The notes under the pieces were generated by a model. The model saw only the letters and a list, made by a program, of their open reading frames with translations. It searched no databases and had not been told where the DNA came from. The translations under genes and the position numbers were made by a program. A DNA stretch of 64,000 bases from Balanoglossus misakiensis (lineage: Eukaryota > Animalia > Hemichordata). The stretch is from positions 3,214,783 through 3,278,782 of the forward strand of contig CM082580.2 in assembly GCA_040954595.2 (NCBI GenBank), read 5' to 3'. Shown piece after piece: positions 15,001 through 28,700 of this stretch. Each line of letters begins with the position of its first letter. Within the stretch, counting starts at the first letter, position 1.

Positions 15001-18000
15001 TTTACAGCAATCCTCCAGCCATTCCATGCTTGGTGTCCATGCCTCTGCACAGTCTATCATATACTATGGGAAGATAGCCAGGAAACAGGGCTTGACAGGA
15101 ACCTGTCTGGATTGGCTCAGTCGGTAAGTACTGGTTACACATGTGTCTTTCATTATTGCATCCAACTTCAGACTATGCTGCTAGATCTGACTTTAGTAGG
15201 GAGTGTGAGTCAAGAATCGCTTACCCTTCTAACAAAAGGGACAGGGATTAAGAGTTAGACTACACTAAAACTAAAGTTATTTCCACTCAGTAGTGCAGTA
15301 GTCTGTGTGCCACATTTTATTCCGAAGTAGGCCTATTATGTGAAGAAACATGTATATAAATTTATACCTAGTACATATTCATGTTGTGTTATTTCATGAC
15401 TATCTTCTGTGTCTGATATCGCCTGTCTATAAAGGCCATAAGTCCAGTTATCACCTGAAGAGAAATAATGTAATCGTTTATAAGTATGGAGTATGTTAAA
15501 AGAAGACTGTAGTAATTACTATACAACATATTATTACAGACTATAGCCTATTAGAATTTTCTGCCTAACACATTTTGTATACCAACTACAAGTGATGTAC
15601 TTGCAATTTGGCATGTTCCCTGTTTCTCTTACAGCATTCACACCATACCTAGCGTTCCCATCGTGGATTGCTTTCAGAAGATCCGTCAACAGGTCAAGTG
15701 TTACCTGCAGATGGCCGGCACAATGGGAAAGAATGAATTACAGGAGGGTCTGGAAGTGATCGAATCTACCAACCTGAAGTACTTCACCAAAGAAATGACG
15801 GCTGAGTTCTATGCTTTGAAAGGAATGTTCCTGTCGCAAATAGGAAGGTAGGAACTTACAATTGGAGTGAAATGAAGTTTTGTAGAATAAACAGCAGTTC
15901 AAACAAAAACTGCATTTTTATAACCATCAAGGTGACTTTTTCACAATCCAAGTGCCTCTGGGTTATTTTAGATTATGTCTGCTACCTTCACCCCGTGGCC
16001 AATCAAACAACTGACAAACCAAGCCTACATCATGTGTGTTTAGTTCCAATTATGTTATCGACAACGAAAACAATCAAGCGTTGCTTGTGAAAGGGTGACA
16101 TTAACTTTTTTATTGATTGATGTTTGATTTCTACTTTGTGAATGCCATACATTGATTGGAGAGATGGTCCATTGGAATAGTCCTAATTTTGTTTGTTGCT
16201 GTTACTTTTGTACAGGTCTGAAGAAGCTAATAAGGCCTTCTCAGCAGCCGTTCAGATGCATGATACACTGGTCAAAGCATGGGCGCTCTGGGGAGATTAC
16301 TTGGAACTTCTGTTCACCAAGGAAACCAAAGAAAGGTAGAACAGTCTTGTCAATCTCTTGACAATCACTTTAACCCTGTCACCACAATGGTTCAGTCCAA
16401 ACGCGTTGTTATCTATGGTAGGGTTGGACCTCTAAAAAGGAAACTGGGGGTGAAAGGGTTGTTGACATGTGTGCACTGGATATTACAAACAACACAATGT
16501 CACTTTATTGAAATCTCTTTGTTGAGTAGCAGCTTCAGTTTCACTTATGGTCAAGTTCATTATTCCTGTAGTGTCAAACCAAGCTGTACAGGCACTCGAT
16601 AATTCACAAATATTTTCAACATGGAGCCTATACCCACAAAAACGACAGGGTCCATTTTACAATACTTGGAAGTCTTTCACCCCACCCTTTAGCTCTATAC
16701 GGATCCACTTCACGATAAAAACAATGGATTTGGACCAAACCATAGTGGTGAAAGGGGTAATGTGGTATTAGATCAGTGATCCACATTATTGCATGCACTG
16801 TAGTGGTTAACTGTTATCTTTGCATTTCTGTCACAAAATATCTGGTCTATCCTTTTACAATTTAATTTAATTTAAATAAAATATTTTCTGTTTATCTATT
16901 AGCTGGTGTATACCTCTTTAACGAGTTTTCATTTCCACTCTTTATTTCAGGCAAATTAACTATGGCGTATATGCCATCACATGTTACTTACATGCATGTC
17001 GACATCAGAATGAGAGTAAATCCAGGAAGTATCTAGCCAAGGTGTTGTGGTTGCTCACTTATGATGATGAGAAATCCAGTCTGGCTGAAGCTGTTGACAA
17101 GTACTGTGTTGGAGTTCCACCAATACAATGGTTGCCATGGTAAGAACGCATCAATGTTTAAAGGGACAGTCTCTCTCTCGTTGCCCCTTTTTTCATTAAT
17201 TATGTTTGATACAAGACACCGTTTATGTTAATGTTAATGTACGTGTGGATATATAATGAATCAACGTTCGACTACACACAACTTCCATCCCGTTTGTAGG
17301 ATATGAGAGTAAAAATCTCGCCAAAATGAATAAAAGGTAAATACCGATTATTCATTTTGGCAAGTTTTTCACTCTCGTGTCTACAAGTGGGATGGAAGTT
17401 GTGTGTGGTCGAACGTTGAATCATTATATATCCACATGTAGAATAGATTAAATAGTGTCTTGTATCAAACATAATTACTGTAAAAGGGGCTGTGAGAGAG
17501 AGACTTTGTCCCTTTAATAGTCAATACCAAAGCACAGACAGAAATTTGCATCCCTAGAATAAGCAGTTTTGTTTAATAGCCATTTTTTTTTAGATTTAAA
17601 AACTCTAGTATGTTTAGTGGATGTCTTGCATTATACAACTTTGAATTTCAGGATCTCATTCTGAAGGAGTGTATAGTATATAAGACACATTGCTTGTAGT
17701 TGAATTTTTTTTCCAATCCCAAAATAATTTTTTAAAACTTTTTTCCTATTTTTTTATTGCAGGATTCCACAATTATTGACATGTTTAATTCGTACAGAGG
17801 GTCGACTGATACTGACTTTATTAGGTCAGGTTGGTAAAGTGTACCCCCAAGCTGTTTACTTCCCTATCAGAACCCTCTATCTGACGCTGAAAATTGAACA
17901 GAGAGAACGCTGTAAGTAACTTTGTAGAACTACTCAGTGACTCAAATAAAATAATAAATTTGTGATGTATTCTTTGAAGTGAAAAATAAATCTATCAACT

Positions 18001-21000
18001 CTCATTGACTTCATACTGAGGTTCATATCACATGATATTGAAATGCATTGTGGGTGAAAAGTTAACCACTTACTGTCCAAGGAGTTTCGAATATTAATCT
18101 GTTACCTGTGTTGCCTGGTGAATATATCAGAAAAAAATTGGTGTTTCCTGGTAGCATTCATAATTCCACTTTTCACTAATACCAAAAGTCAATTTAACAT
18201 GCAGTAGAAATTAACTGTGTTTGATATTATTGTCAACTGCATGGATTTTTTATTACTCAAAGTAAGTGAAAGTGAAACTGTGTTGATATTACAAGATTGT
18301 TGATACATAATTTGTTGTGCACTTGTTTGTCATATTTTGCAGACAAGAGTGGCGAGGCGTCCCTGGCCGTCAACGTCACTAGAAGTGGCAGCAAAACAAC
18401 CGACAATGCAGAATCAACTTCCGCCACCACCACAACAGCAACAACAACCGCAGCAGTTGCAACAGCAACAACAGCAACAACATCGAGTGTCACACCTGCA
18501 GTTAGTACAGCATCATTGCCAGGGTCACAGGCAATCACACAGATCGTTGGTCAAACTGCAGCATCGGATACAACTGTAGCTGCAGCAATAACAACGACTA
18601 CAGCGTCTCTGTCGTCTGCGCAAGGTTTGTATAGAATTGTCTAATCTGATGTAGTGTTGGGCACCGACTTTACCTTTGCTGATTCTTGTTTAAATCTCGA
18701 GCTTTCTCAATCCAATCAGAGCGGTCGTTAGAGAAGAAAGCTGGGGGTGCAGAAAAACAAAAGAACTTGAACAATAGAGGCGAGTTTCCAGCATGTGGCG
18801 TACACGTGGCCAGTTCCAAAGTGTCGGGAAAGCCGCTCTGTGATCGGTCGAATGGATCCATTCGCTAAAACGAGATCTTCTATGGCATAGGTTCAGATGT
18901 AATGTGGCGCGTATAGCGAGAACCAAAGGTGTCAATTTGATGAAATACAGATCCTAAAGATATTTTGATTGCATTGACAAATGACATGTACTTTATTATC
19001 TTTTTGCATTGAAACCTCTAACTGGCAACTCTCTCTTTGCTGTTCAGAAGGCAGCCAGCCATCAGCATCACAGACAGCCAGTCAGTCGAGTGGTGGAGGC
19101 ACGTCTGATCCTGGTCCTATCAGAGCCACAGCTCCAATGTGGCGATGCAGTCGCATTATGCACATGCAGAGGGATATCCACCCACCACTCCTGTCATCAT
19201 TGGAGGGCATCGTAGATCAGGTGAGTAGCAGTCAGTTGACACAGTGCTGTGGAGTTTAGTCTGGTGTGAGACCACATCTGAGCTGACCTGCAGAGTGATC
19301 GCGGGGACCAAAATCTGACGAACAGTGTTTTGCATGAAGATGATAGTTTGTTAGAAATCTCCTTGTACTCAGAAGTTGCACATGTGCCAAACCAGAGACT
19401 CTGGTTACAAAAATGTATACAGTGACTGCCATAAAGCAGTGTGCTGTCCTAACAACAGACAAGATGGCGGCAACCGTAGTCTGCGGTAGAGATCAAGACA
19501 GCAAATTGGGTGAAAAGATGAGACAAAACCAAAGTCTACTTATACGGTGTACATGAAATATGGAAGGGAGAGAAGGTAGTCCACTATGTGAATGCATCGA
19601 AAATTTGGATTGGACATAAAATTTGTACACAAGAAATTATGCACTGCCCATACGACATCATCGGTCTTTAAGTGTAATACTGGCTGTTTTCCTGTGGCAT
19701 ATCACAGTATGTGATTAAAATAATATTCATTGTGGTAGAAACTTTCAGAACACAAAAAATGCAGAATAATTCTTTCTAGTCAAAAACATGCAATAGGGGA
19801 CACAACTATATTTATCTCATTATTGAAACTCATTTTGCTTTTGTGTTGGTAGATGGTGTGGTTTAGAGAGAATTGGTATGAAGAGGTGCTGAGGCAACTA
19901 CGTCAAGCACTGGCCAAATGTCAGGCTGTAGCATTTGAAAATCGAGGTGCTGGTAAGTCCACATGGTATTATTCGTTCTGTATATTGTCAGACAATCACG
20001 TAACCTGATTTATTTCAGGTCTAGTAACATTTAAAATGAATATGTACTTTGGAAAGAATTATGTCTTGTTACAGCAGAACACAATGTGGGTGGGAAATTA
20101 TAAATGAGAATTTTCAGTTGTAAATGATGATATCACAGATAATAAACTTTACATTTTGTATGTTCCATTGAATCATACATAAGACATAACAGTAAAGCAC
20201 AGGTATACTAGTTTTGTACCATGCAAAGTTTTTGAATCTATAATTTGGGGTTTTTTTGGAACAGAGTAGTATGAGTACTTGACTAGATTGATATTAGCCA
20301 TTAAAAAATAAATCCACTTTAATAAAAGGTTTTATGACACACGACACGTATCACTGATTATAGAAACCATGAGAATACTTACCACCCTGCTTTCTGTCAT
20401 GGACAGTTGCTGAAGCCCAAGTTACTCCACACACACTGAACTTTGTCAAGAAGTTAGTCAGCACTTTTGGTGTGGGCATAGAGAATGTGTCCAGCGTTGC
20501 TACAACCTTTTCGAGTTCCGCATCAGAGTCCCTAGCCAGGCGAGCACAAGCCACCGCTCAGGACCCAGTCTTCCAGAAACTCAAGGGACAGTTCACCACC
20601 GATTTTGATTTCTCACTGCCCGGATCCATGAAGTTGCACAACCTGATCGCCAAACTGAAGAAATGGATCAAAATTCTAGAGGCCAAGACAAAGTTACTGC
20701 CAAAGTAAGCAAATGTTTAACCATCTTTTGTGTACCGTGTCATTGGTGTTGACAGCTTCCCTTTCAGGAGACAGTGTCTGAATGAGATAAAATTATGAAT
20801 TGAATTTTACAAGGTTGAATACTGTAAGTAACTAAAATAACTTTATTATAGGAAGATTTGTTGCAGTTTTTAAAACATTTCTGTGAAGAATATTGAGTTT
20901 TGCATGTTACTGCGAAGGGGGTGTAGACTATGGAACCGGATATCTTCCATTTGAATATTGAAAAATAAATTGCTGGACTGTTTGAATCATTAGTATGATC

Positions 21001-22668
21001 AAAGAAATCTGTCACAATAATATTAAATCGGTGCGGCACCGTTTTAATACACATAGCGTGTTCAAATTGCAACATGCAGTCACAATCAGGCATCAGTAAG
21101 CTTATTTAGATGGACCAATTCAAGTTGGGAAATAAAATCATGAAAATAATGCAAAAAGTGGCAGCTCTGGAGGCTTTAATCACTCTCTGTATCATTGGCA
21201 GGTCCTTCTTGATAGAAGAGAAATGTCGTTTCTTGAGTAATTTCTCTACAAGCACGGCTGAAATTGACCTACCAGGTGAATTTCTCCTGCCAAAGCACAG
21301 TCACTACTATGTGAGAATAGCTAGGTTTATGCCCAAGGTGGATATTGTACAGAAACACAACACAGCAGCAAGAAGACTCTATATCCGGGGACAAAATGGA
21401 AAGGTATGATAGCCACCTTTGATGGGCAGAGTTTAAAGGGACAAAGTCTCTCTCTCGCTGCCATTTTTCCATTAATTATATTTGATACAAGACACCGTAA
21501 TGTTATTCTACATGTGGATATATAATGAATCAACATTCAACCACACACATCTGCCATCCTTTGTAGGATATGAGAGTAAAAATCTCGCCAAAATGAATAA
21601 ATGGTAAACACTGATTATTCATTTTTGGCGAGTTAAATGCTTTGAGCTGCCCATTGTACCTTTATGATAGAAAATAGAGACATGAAAGAAAGACATAAAA
21701 AAACACCAAGACAGACAAAATTGTAAATTGAATCCATTCCCTTATGAAGTTAAAACAAGATGATTTTAATTGCTGTTTTTTTAATAATATTTTCCATTAA
21801 TGGCTTTTTGTTTGATCTCTTCAGATCTATCCCTATCTAGTTGTCAATGATGGCTGTTTGAATGAATCCCGAAGAGAAGAGAGAGTTCTTCAGTTGCTAA
21901 GAATGCTGAATCACTTCTTGATCAAGAGAAAGGTAAACTTTACATCAGTCTGCTAATGATCTTTCATTTCAATGTGAAAATAAGACAGTTTTATAGTGGG
22001 ATACATCATGGGATGAATGTACAGCAATAGATGGGTGGTAAATTGTGCATTGCTCTTTACAGGGGGGAGTGAGTCTGGAACACCTTGAATGATTCAGGAA
22101 GTCAACTATTCACTGAATTTGGCTATTACACTGTAAACGCGTTTCACAGCCAGTAGAACCATTCTCATTGGTTCCTTGATCTCCAAACTGAAGACATAGT
22201 CGTGGTTCTGCCAACCAGCTTTAGTTTTACTAAGTGTTTATGACCAGAGACCATCTGTATTCACACGTCTATCGCCCACTTTCTATTTGTTTTGCTACAA
22301 GCGGAATACTTTAAAAGTTAACGAACAACTCCCTGTTTAATTTTTGCAGCCATACATCTCCTATTGATGATTACAGCACTGATATAACACTTCAAGATGT
22401 AACATTACCTGTGCAATTCTTTCTCAGGAGACTGCCAAACGTCATCTTTACTTCACGGTACCCCGAGTAATAGCGGTATCACCACAAATGAGACTTGTAG
22501 AAGACAATCCCACATCTATATCACTTAATGATATCTACAAACAGGTGAGCATTGTAGTGTCAAGCTATAATCAATAATATGTCTTCAATTCCATACATCA
22601 TCACCACTATCATCATCATCATCATCATCATCACCATCACCATCACCATCACCACCACCATCACCACT

Positions 22669-22722
<54 letters not shown>

Positions 22723-25700
22723 GTTATTACTATTAATATTATTGTTATTTTTTGTAATTATGCTGCAACTTGTATATTTGTCTCAGTGACTTGGCATTTT
22801 TGATAATAACTATAATAATTGCATCATTATTCGTAAGGTTCAGTTGGTAAAATTTAAATGTATAATTGTCAATCTTCAGAACAACAACACAAAATTTGTG
22901 GTACGCATTACACTTTGATTCTTGTAATCCCAACTTTTATTAAAAAGGGACAGAGTTTTGTCAATATCATAACTGCAAAAGTGTTAAGTACTGGTCTGTG
23001 TATAGTGAAGTGCTGACTGTGGTTGTGTTTTCTAATCTAACAGCGTTGCAGTAAGAAACAGATAGAACATGATGCCCCTGTTGTCAGATACTATGAGCGT
23101 CTGGCTACAGTTCAGTCCAGAGGTTCCCAAGCTAGTCATCAAGTGTTGAGAGATATACTCAAAGATGTACAGACTAACATGGTACCTAGGGGTCTACTGA
23201 AAGAATGGGCAATGCATACATTTCCAGGAGCGACTGATTATTGGACATTCAGGAAACAGGTGAGAGATAGCCATATGGTCTTCCACAGTTTTGGATCACC
23301 TTAGATTATCTGTTAATCTGAGGTGGCATCCTTGGAAAACTTTCCCCATATATATTCCACTGTGGACAATCAAAAAAATTGAGTAAATCCTTTCTCAAAC
23401 GCTCAACTCGGCCAAAACATATGGACTGCATAGAGAAAGACTAATGTTTGATATGAATCCATAGAAACGAGTTTAATCCAGTCTAATTATTTGTTGCATT
23501 GCAGTGTACACTACAGTTAGCATTGCTGGGCTTTGCAGAGTTTGTACTTCATCTAACACGTCTGAACCCAGAGATGCTGCAGATTGGACAAGACAGTGGT
23601 CAGCTGTCAGTCTTCTACTTCAGATTTGATATTGATGATACCACAGGTAAAAATAATTCTCTTTTTTTTTTCAAAATCAGTTTTATCAGACTTGTTTTTG
23701 ATTATGAAAGTGTCTCTTGCACCATAAGCAAGCAATCAATGTATATGAGAATGGATCAGGGGAAGTGAAAAATTGAGATACGGCCGTGTCCCCAAACCGT
23801 CGCCCCTGACAAGTCTCGCGTCAGATTTGAGCAAAATCATCACTTGAACAGCCTTTGAAATGGCATGCTGTCACTCTCACTTTTGCATGTGACAGGATCA
23901 GAGAAATGTCGAATCATCAAGATTATCACAAGTTTAAGTGACTAGGTTACAGGTTCATCATTATTTGTTCTGGATGTAAAGCCACAGAAAAATAACACAT
24001 TCAAGATGGTGTACATGCCTTTTGATCTGAATTAGCCAATCAAAAGACAGGAACCAGGCACACCCCTTTTTGGGGGGGTTCTGAGGAAAACTGATAGGAT
24101 CACTTGAGAGTTTTGCCCAATCTGATGAAAATCCAGTGTATAGGTCTTTTCTCTTGAAATGTTGTCTGTACTTCCATGCCCCCCCCCCCTCTTAAAGGCA
24201 ATAGATCGTCTCACACACATGCACGTAACTTCCATTCAAATAGTGGACTGCCTTTGCTTCCTTCCATATTTCATGCGCACCATATAAGTAGATTCTGGTT
24301 TTGTCCCTCCTTTTCACCCAAGCTGGCGTCTTTTCACGATCTCCGACACAGATTATGGTCGCCGCCATCTTCTCTGTTGTTAGGACAGAGCACTGCCTTA
24401 TGGGATTGACTGTTCACTAAACGTCTGTAACCAGCGGCTACAGTTGGAACATGCGCGTGAGACGAGCTACGCGTTTTAATTCCACAAATTTTGCATTTCA
24501 CAGGTGAATTAGATGCCAATCGACCTGTACCATTCCGCCTGACCCCAAACATTGCCGAGTTCCTGACCTCAGTCGGAGTCAGTGGTGTGCTGACTGCCTC
24601 CATGATTGCAGTGGCTAGATGTTTTGTACAGCCCAACTTTAAACTGCCAAGTCTCCTCAAAGCGATACTACGAGACGAAATCATCTACTGGGATAAAAAG
24701 GTGAGGATTCACAAGAATTGACGAGGTTTAGCAATTTGTATTACTGCATGTGCATTGGTATTCTACTGTACATGGATTTTTGGGTGTTTTTTGGATGTAC
24801 TCTTCTGCTTGTATCGCTGACAATAACCGTAAAACTGATCCTTCACGCTATGCGGAAGTGTGTTCTCTGTCAACAGGTCAAATTTGGGCGGTCGTACGTG
24901 GCCTTTGAATAAAAAAACCTTAGGGATTTTTGTTTACAATATAAAATCCACTGTACAAAATCATTGGATTTTTAGCGTTTCGATCTAGTTACTGTGGTTA
25001 CAGGACGCACACGCTAACCGCTGCTTAACGTGGCGGCCTATGGCAGGGTGTAGCTGCCTTTACCATACTCGCACAGTCGGTGTGCACACAACCATGTGTA
25101 TTTTCAACTAGTTACAAGCCCCTGGTTGGACGTCATAGTGGTTTTGTTCAAAACTGAGTGGACTGTCCTATATAAAGACCCATAGCAACGGGAAAAAAGA
25201 TATGGGTGCCCCACAGACTTTTTATCACGTGGAGAAGTACCAAGTTGCTGTTTGAACTTCACTCAGATCACATTGATCAATTCACAAAATGGTTGAGATG
25301 TTTAGTGTTCTATTTACAGTGCTATCATTCTGTGAGAGAATATTGCACAAATATTATGCTGCTATTCAGTGTTGAGGGCGCTGTTCAGGTTGAGGGTTGT
25401 AGGTGTATCAGCAAATTTTGTGAACATACGGGCAAACCTGTTCTGTGTATTTTATCACTATGAAAATGTAAAATTCAAGTGTTTCTTAAACTGGTGCAAA
25501 GTTGGTCTTGGTTTTGGATAGAAAAAATGAGAGAAAAAATTTAGATTGAATACCCAGATATATGGGATATCAATTTTGTCCCGGTTCAGCTATGATTACA
25601 GTAGATTTAACAAAAGCTAATTCAAATTCATTTATATCATATAAAGACTGGTGCTGTTATGTTTTCACTGTAAATCTTGTCTCCGCCCGATTTATATGCT

Positions 25701-28700
25701 CCAAATGAATAAGCATCACAGAGATTGAATCTACTACTGATTTCACTCCAAATACTATAAATCCACAATGTGCCACATGCAGAATTGTTTTTAGAACATC
25801 AATGCTAGTCTGATTAATCAAAATTTAAATTTAAGATTGTCATTTTGATTCTGGAAGTCGATGCATCATGGACACATTCTTTAGTATGCCCATTGTCAAA
25901 TGTGAAAATGAGTGTGAGTTATAGCATTTGGGCTATCCCAAACAGAAAGGGGTCTTATGGGAGTGTGATACTTATGACAATAAAACCCCTTTTTGCTTGG
26001 GATGACCCATTTGTGATGAGTCATGGTGGTCAACTGACAATACTGACTGTGCACTTCTATTAAAATGTCTGTGTACAGATGCATGTAAGATTAAAAGTCA
26101 ATCTATTGGACCTTGTGAAATGTAAGTGAAACATTAAAGGAGAAGTCAATTATAGGTTGATCAGGCAGCCTTATTTGAATTCCACCAGTCTTGGACAAGC
26201 TATTAATAAAAAATCATTGTTATCAGTAACTATTAAAGGAAAAGGCTAGGATTGCCAGTTTGGGCTGCTCTGTTAATATTGAGTTCAAATGTATACAATG
26301 ATTTCAGAAAAATTACTTCTGGGGTGTACTCTAGTAAAACTTGTTGGAGATCATAGATTATGAAACAAACAATATGCTCAGCTTTTGAGAGAATTATTCA
26401 TTTATTTTGCACATTTTGATATCATTTGTATACTAGTTATTCTTTGATGTTTTATGAGTCCATGATAAATGTGGCCATAAGGAAATGTGTTCAACCTGAA
26501 AGATCTCCACAAAGAAATCCCTAAATAATGTTTAAAATATCCCCAACGGTGTCCTTTCAGAATTGCTGTAAATCTGCAGTAAAACGAAATTTATCTGTGC
26601 ATATGTATTTATGTCTTTCAATGTAGACATGTGGGAGTCTAAAGTTTTCTGTGCGAAGTGAACACCAAGGAACAAGCATGTACTTCTAGGTTTTGTTAAT
26701 CAGTTGCAAATGGGAATAGCATGCAGAGACTGAGAACTGCAATCATGTACTGACAAAGGTTGAGACATGACAGACTTTGCAGCATGAGTTTTAGAAATCT
26801 ATTAATAGATGTGAGCTTATGAGTTTGTATGCGAGTAATGAAATTAAACAACGTTCCCTGTACTATTGATCCTGTCTAGAGTGAAATACCTTGATATGCA
26901 TGGTGCACCATTACTTTACAGTGACCCAGCTGAAATGAGATTGTCTGTTGAATTATAAAAAGCCCAGGCTCCTCTTATTATCTTGAGACCAGGATTTAGT
27001 TGTTAAATTTGCTAAATGCTCGGAATTCAAGATTACTGTTAATTCTTGTAATTGAATTTTGCAACAGTGCAGTATTCACTGTTTATGTGTTCTCATACAT
27101 GTGTTTGAATTTAGCAGCATTGTGATTCAAGTCTGTGTACTTGTGTAGATGGTTATACAAGCAGCAGTGTGATTGGTTGTATAATTTCAATTCTGAGAAA
27201 TTCAAACTATCAACCAATAAGCCGAGATCAAATATAATGTCTAGGCATTGAACCCCCCTAAAAAAGACTAACAAAAACAACAACGACAACAAAAACTCCA
27301 CATTTCAATACGATAATTCATTGCATTTGTTTGCTTTTTTTAAACTATTTTTTCAGAATCAAGAAGAAAAACCAGTAACAGGTACACAACCACAGGATAT
27401 GGACAGCGAAGCACTCATCAGTATTGTCAACAAAGCTGTATTGGCGATTACAACAAGGTTACAGAGTAAGTGTTGCCATAGTTCTTTATTCTCTCGAATC
27501 TCTGTAGAGCATCCCAGCTCTACTCCCAAAAGTGTATGTATATTTAGTTTGATAAGTTGAGGTTGATGGACCATACCTGGGCCACAGATGCAGTTGAGTG
27601 AATTATTATTTCAACATAAAACTCAGAGAGCTTTATAAATATTTGGCTTCTTCGTGCTCTCTGTGTTGATGTCAATTCAATCAACCACTCTTCAGGTTGT
27701 ATTATATATACACATAACACTGAAGTTCAACATTTCCTGTTTGACTACATTATCCTTTCTCTTCAGTCAATGCTCACATGATATTTTAGTGTGTAAGTGA
27801 CAGGTACTGTAAAACCTGTTATTTTCGCGAGCAATAAATTTACGCGAGAGCCAAAAAAAACACGAATATAAAGACTCGCGTAAATATAGTTGTGAAAGAA
27901 CAATGTGCACGATGCAGTACGAGAACGCGAAAATTAATACTCGCGAAACAGTGGCCTCTCTCGATATCGCGAAAATTTCAACTCGCGAAAAATAACATGT
28001 TTTACAGTATTCATCTGTTACACAGGGCACACAACAGCCCTGGATTGTACAACACTTCAATGTTGCCATCAAAATTCAATTTTATTTTATTTTTAGACAG
28101 TCAGTTGTCTGTTTTCTATCTATTATCCAAAAAATAATGGACCTGATTTTTTTTTCAATACTCCTTCAGTTTAACTTTTCTCAATTCAATCAATGTTTTC
28201 CTTCCAAGCTGTTTCTGAATTTATTGGAAAAAAACATTCAGTTTGAGAATATAGGTGTAATTTAAGTCAATTGAGTCAACCCATGGGAATATAGAAATTC
28301 ATTTTAGAGCTAAAATGTCACAAGTACTTGATATTAGCCAAGTTCTTCCTACATGTGTATGTATTTGTGCAATGTGTGTATTTGTCAGTCGGAGTCTCAA
28401 TATATTACAGTTGGCATGGAAAGAATGGGTTTTCTGAACTGAATTTTAATAACAGATCATGACATCTGCTTGATATTGACAAACAAATCGGCGATGGTAG
28501 ATCGTACAAGATTAATTGCAGTTGTCATCGGATTGAGGGCCGGCGCCTGGTTAGTCATATGTTCAAAGCACACGCATATTTTAACTTGATAGCCTGGAGG
28601 GAAAAGCAAAGATTTGGAGCTTGACAAACTTTGGGTAATAGAATAAACCCTGTATCTTGACATCAGACATGGACATGCACTGGTGATCTGTCTGCAGATG

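Noticed and set aside
18337-18579. Poly-Gln ORF (MQTRVARR...QQQQ)
   Set aside because: Splice phase with the flanking TRRAP exons (ER-YKS) selects the Thr/Ala frame; the poly-Q frame ends in a stop.
22579-22803. Poly-Ile ORF
   Set aside because: Translation of a (CAT)n microsatellite in an intron.
24970-25040. tRNA-like sequence on the minus strand (gcagcggttagcg...gatcgaaac)
   Set aside because: Only A/B-box-like remnants with no complete cloverleaf; at best a decayed SINE head.
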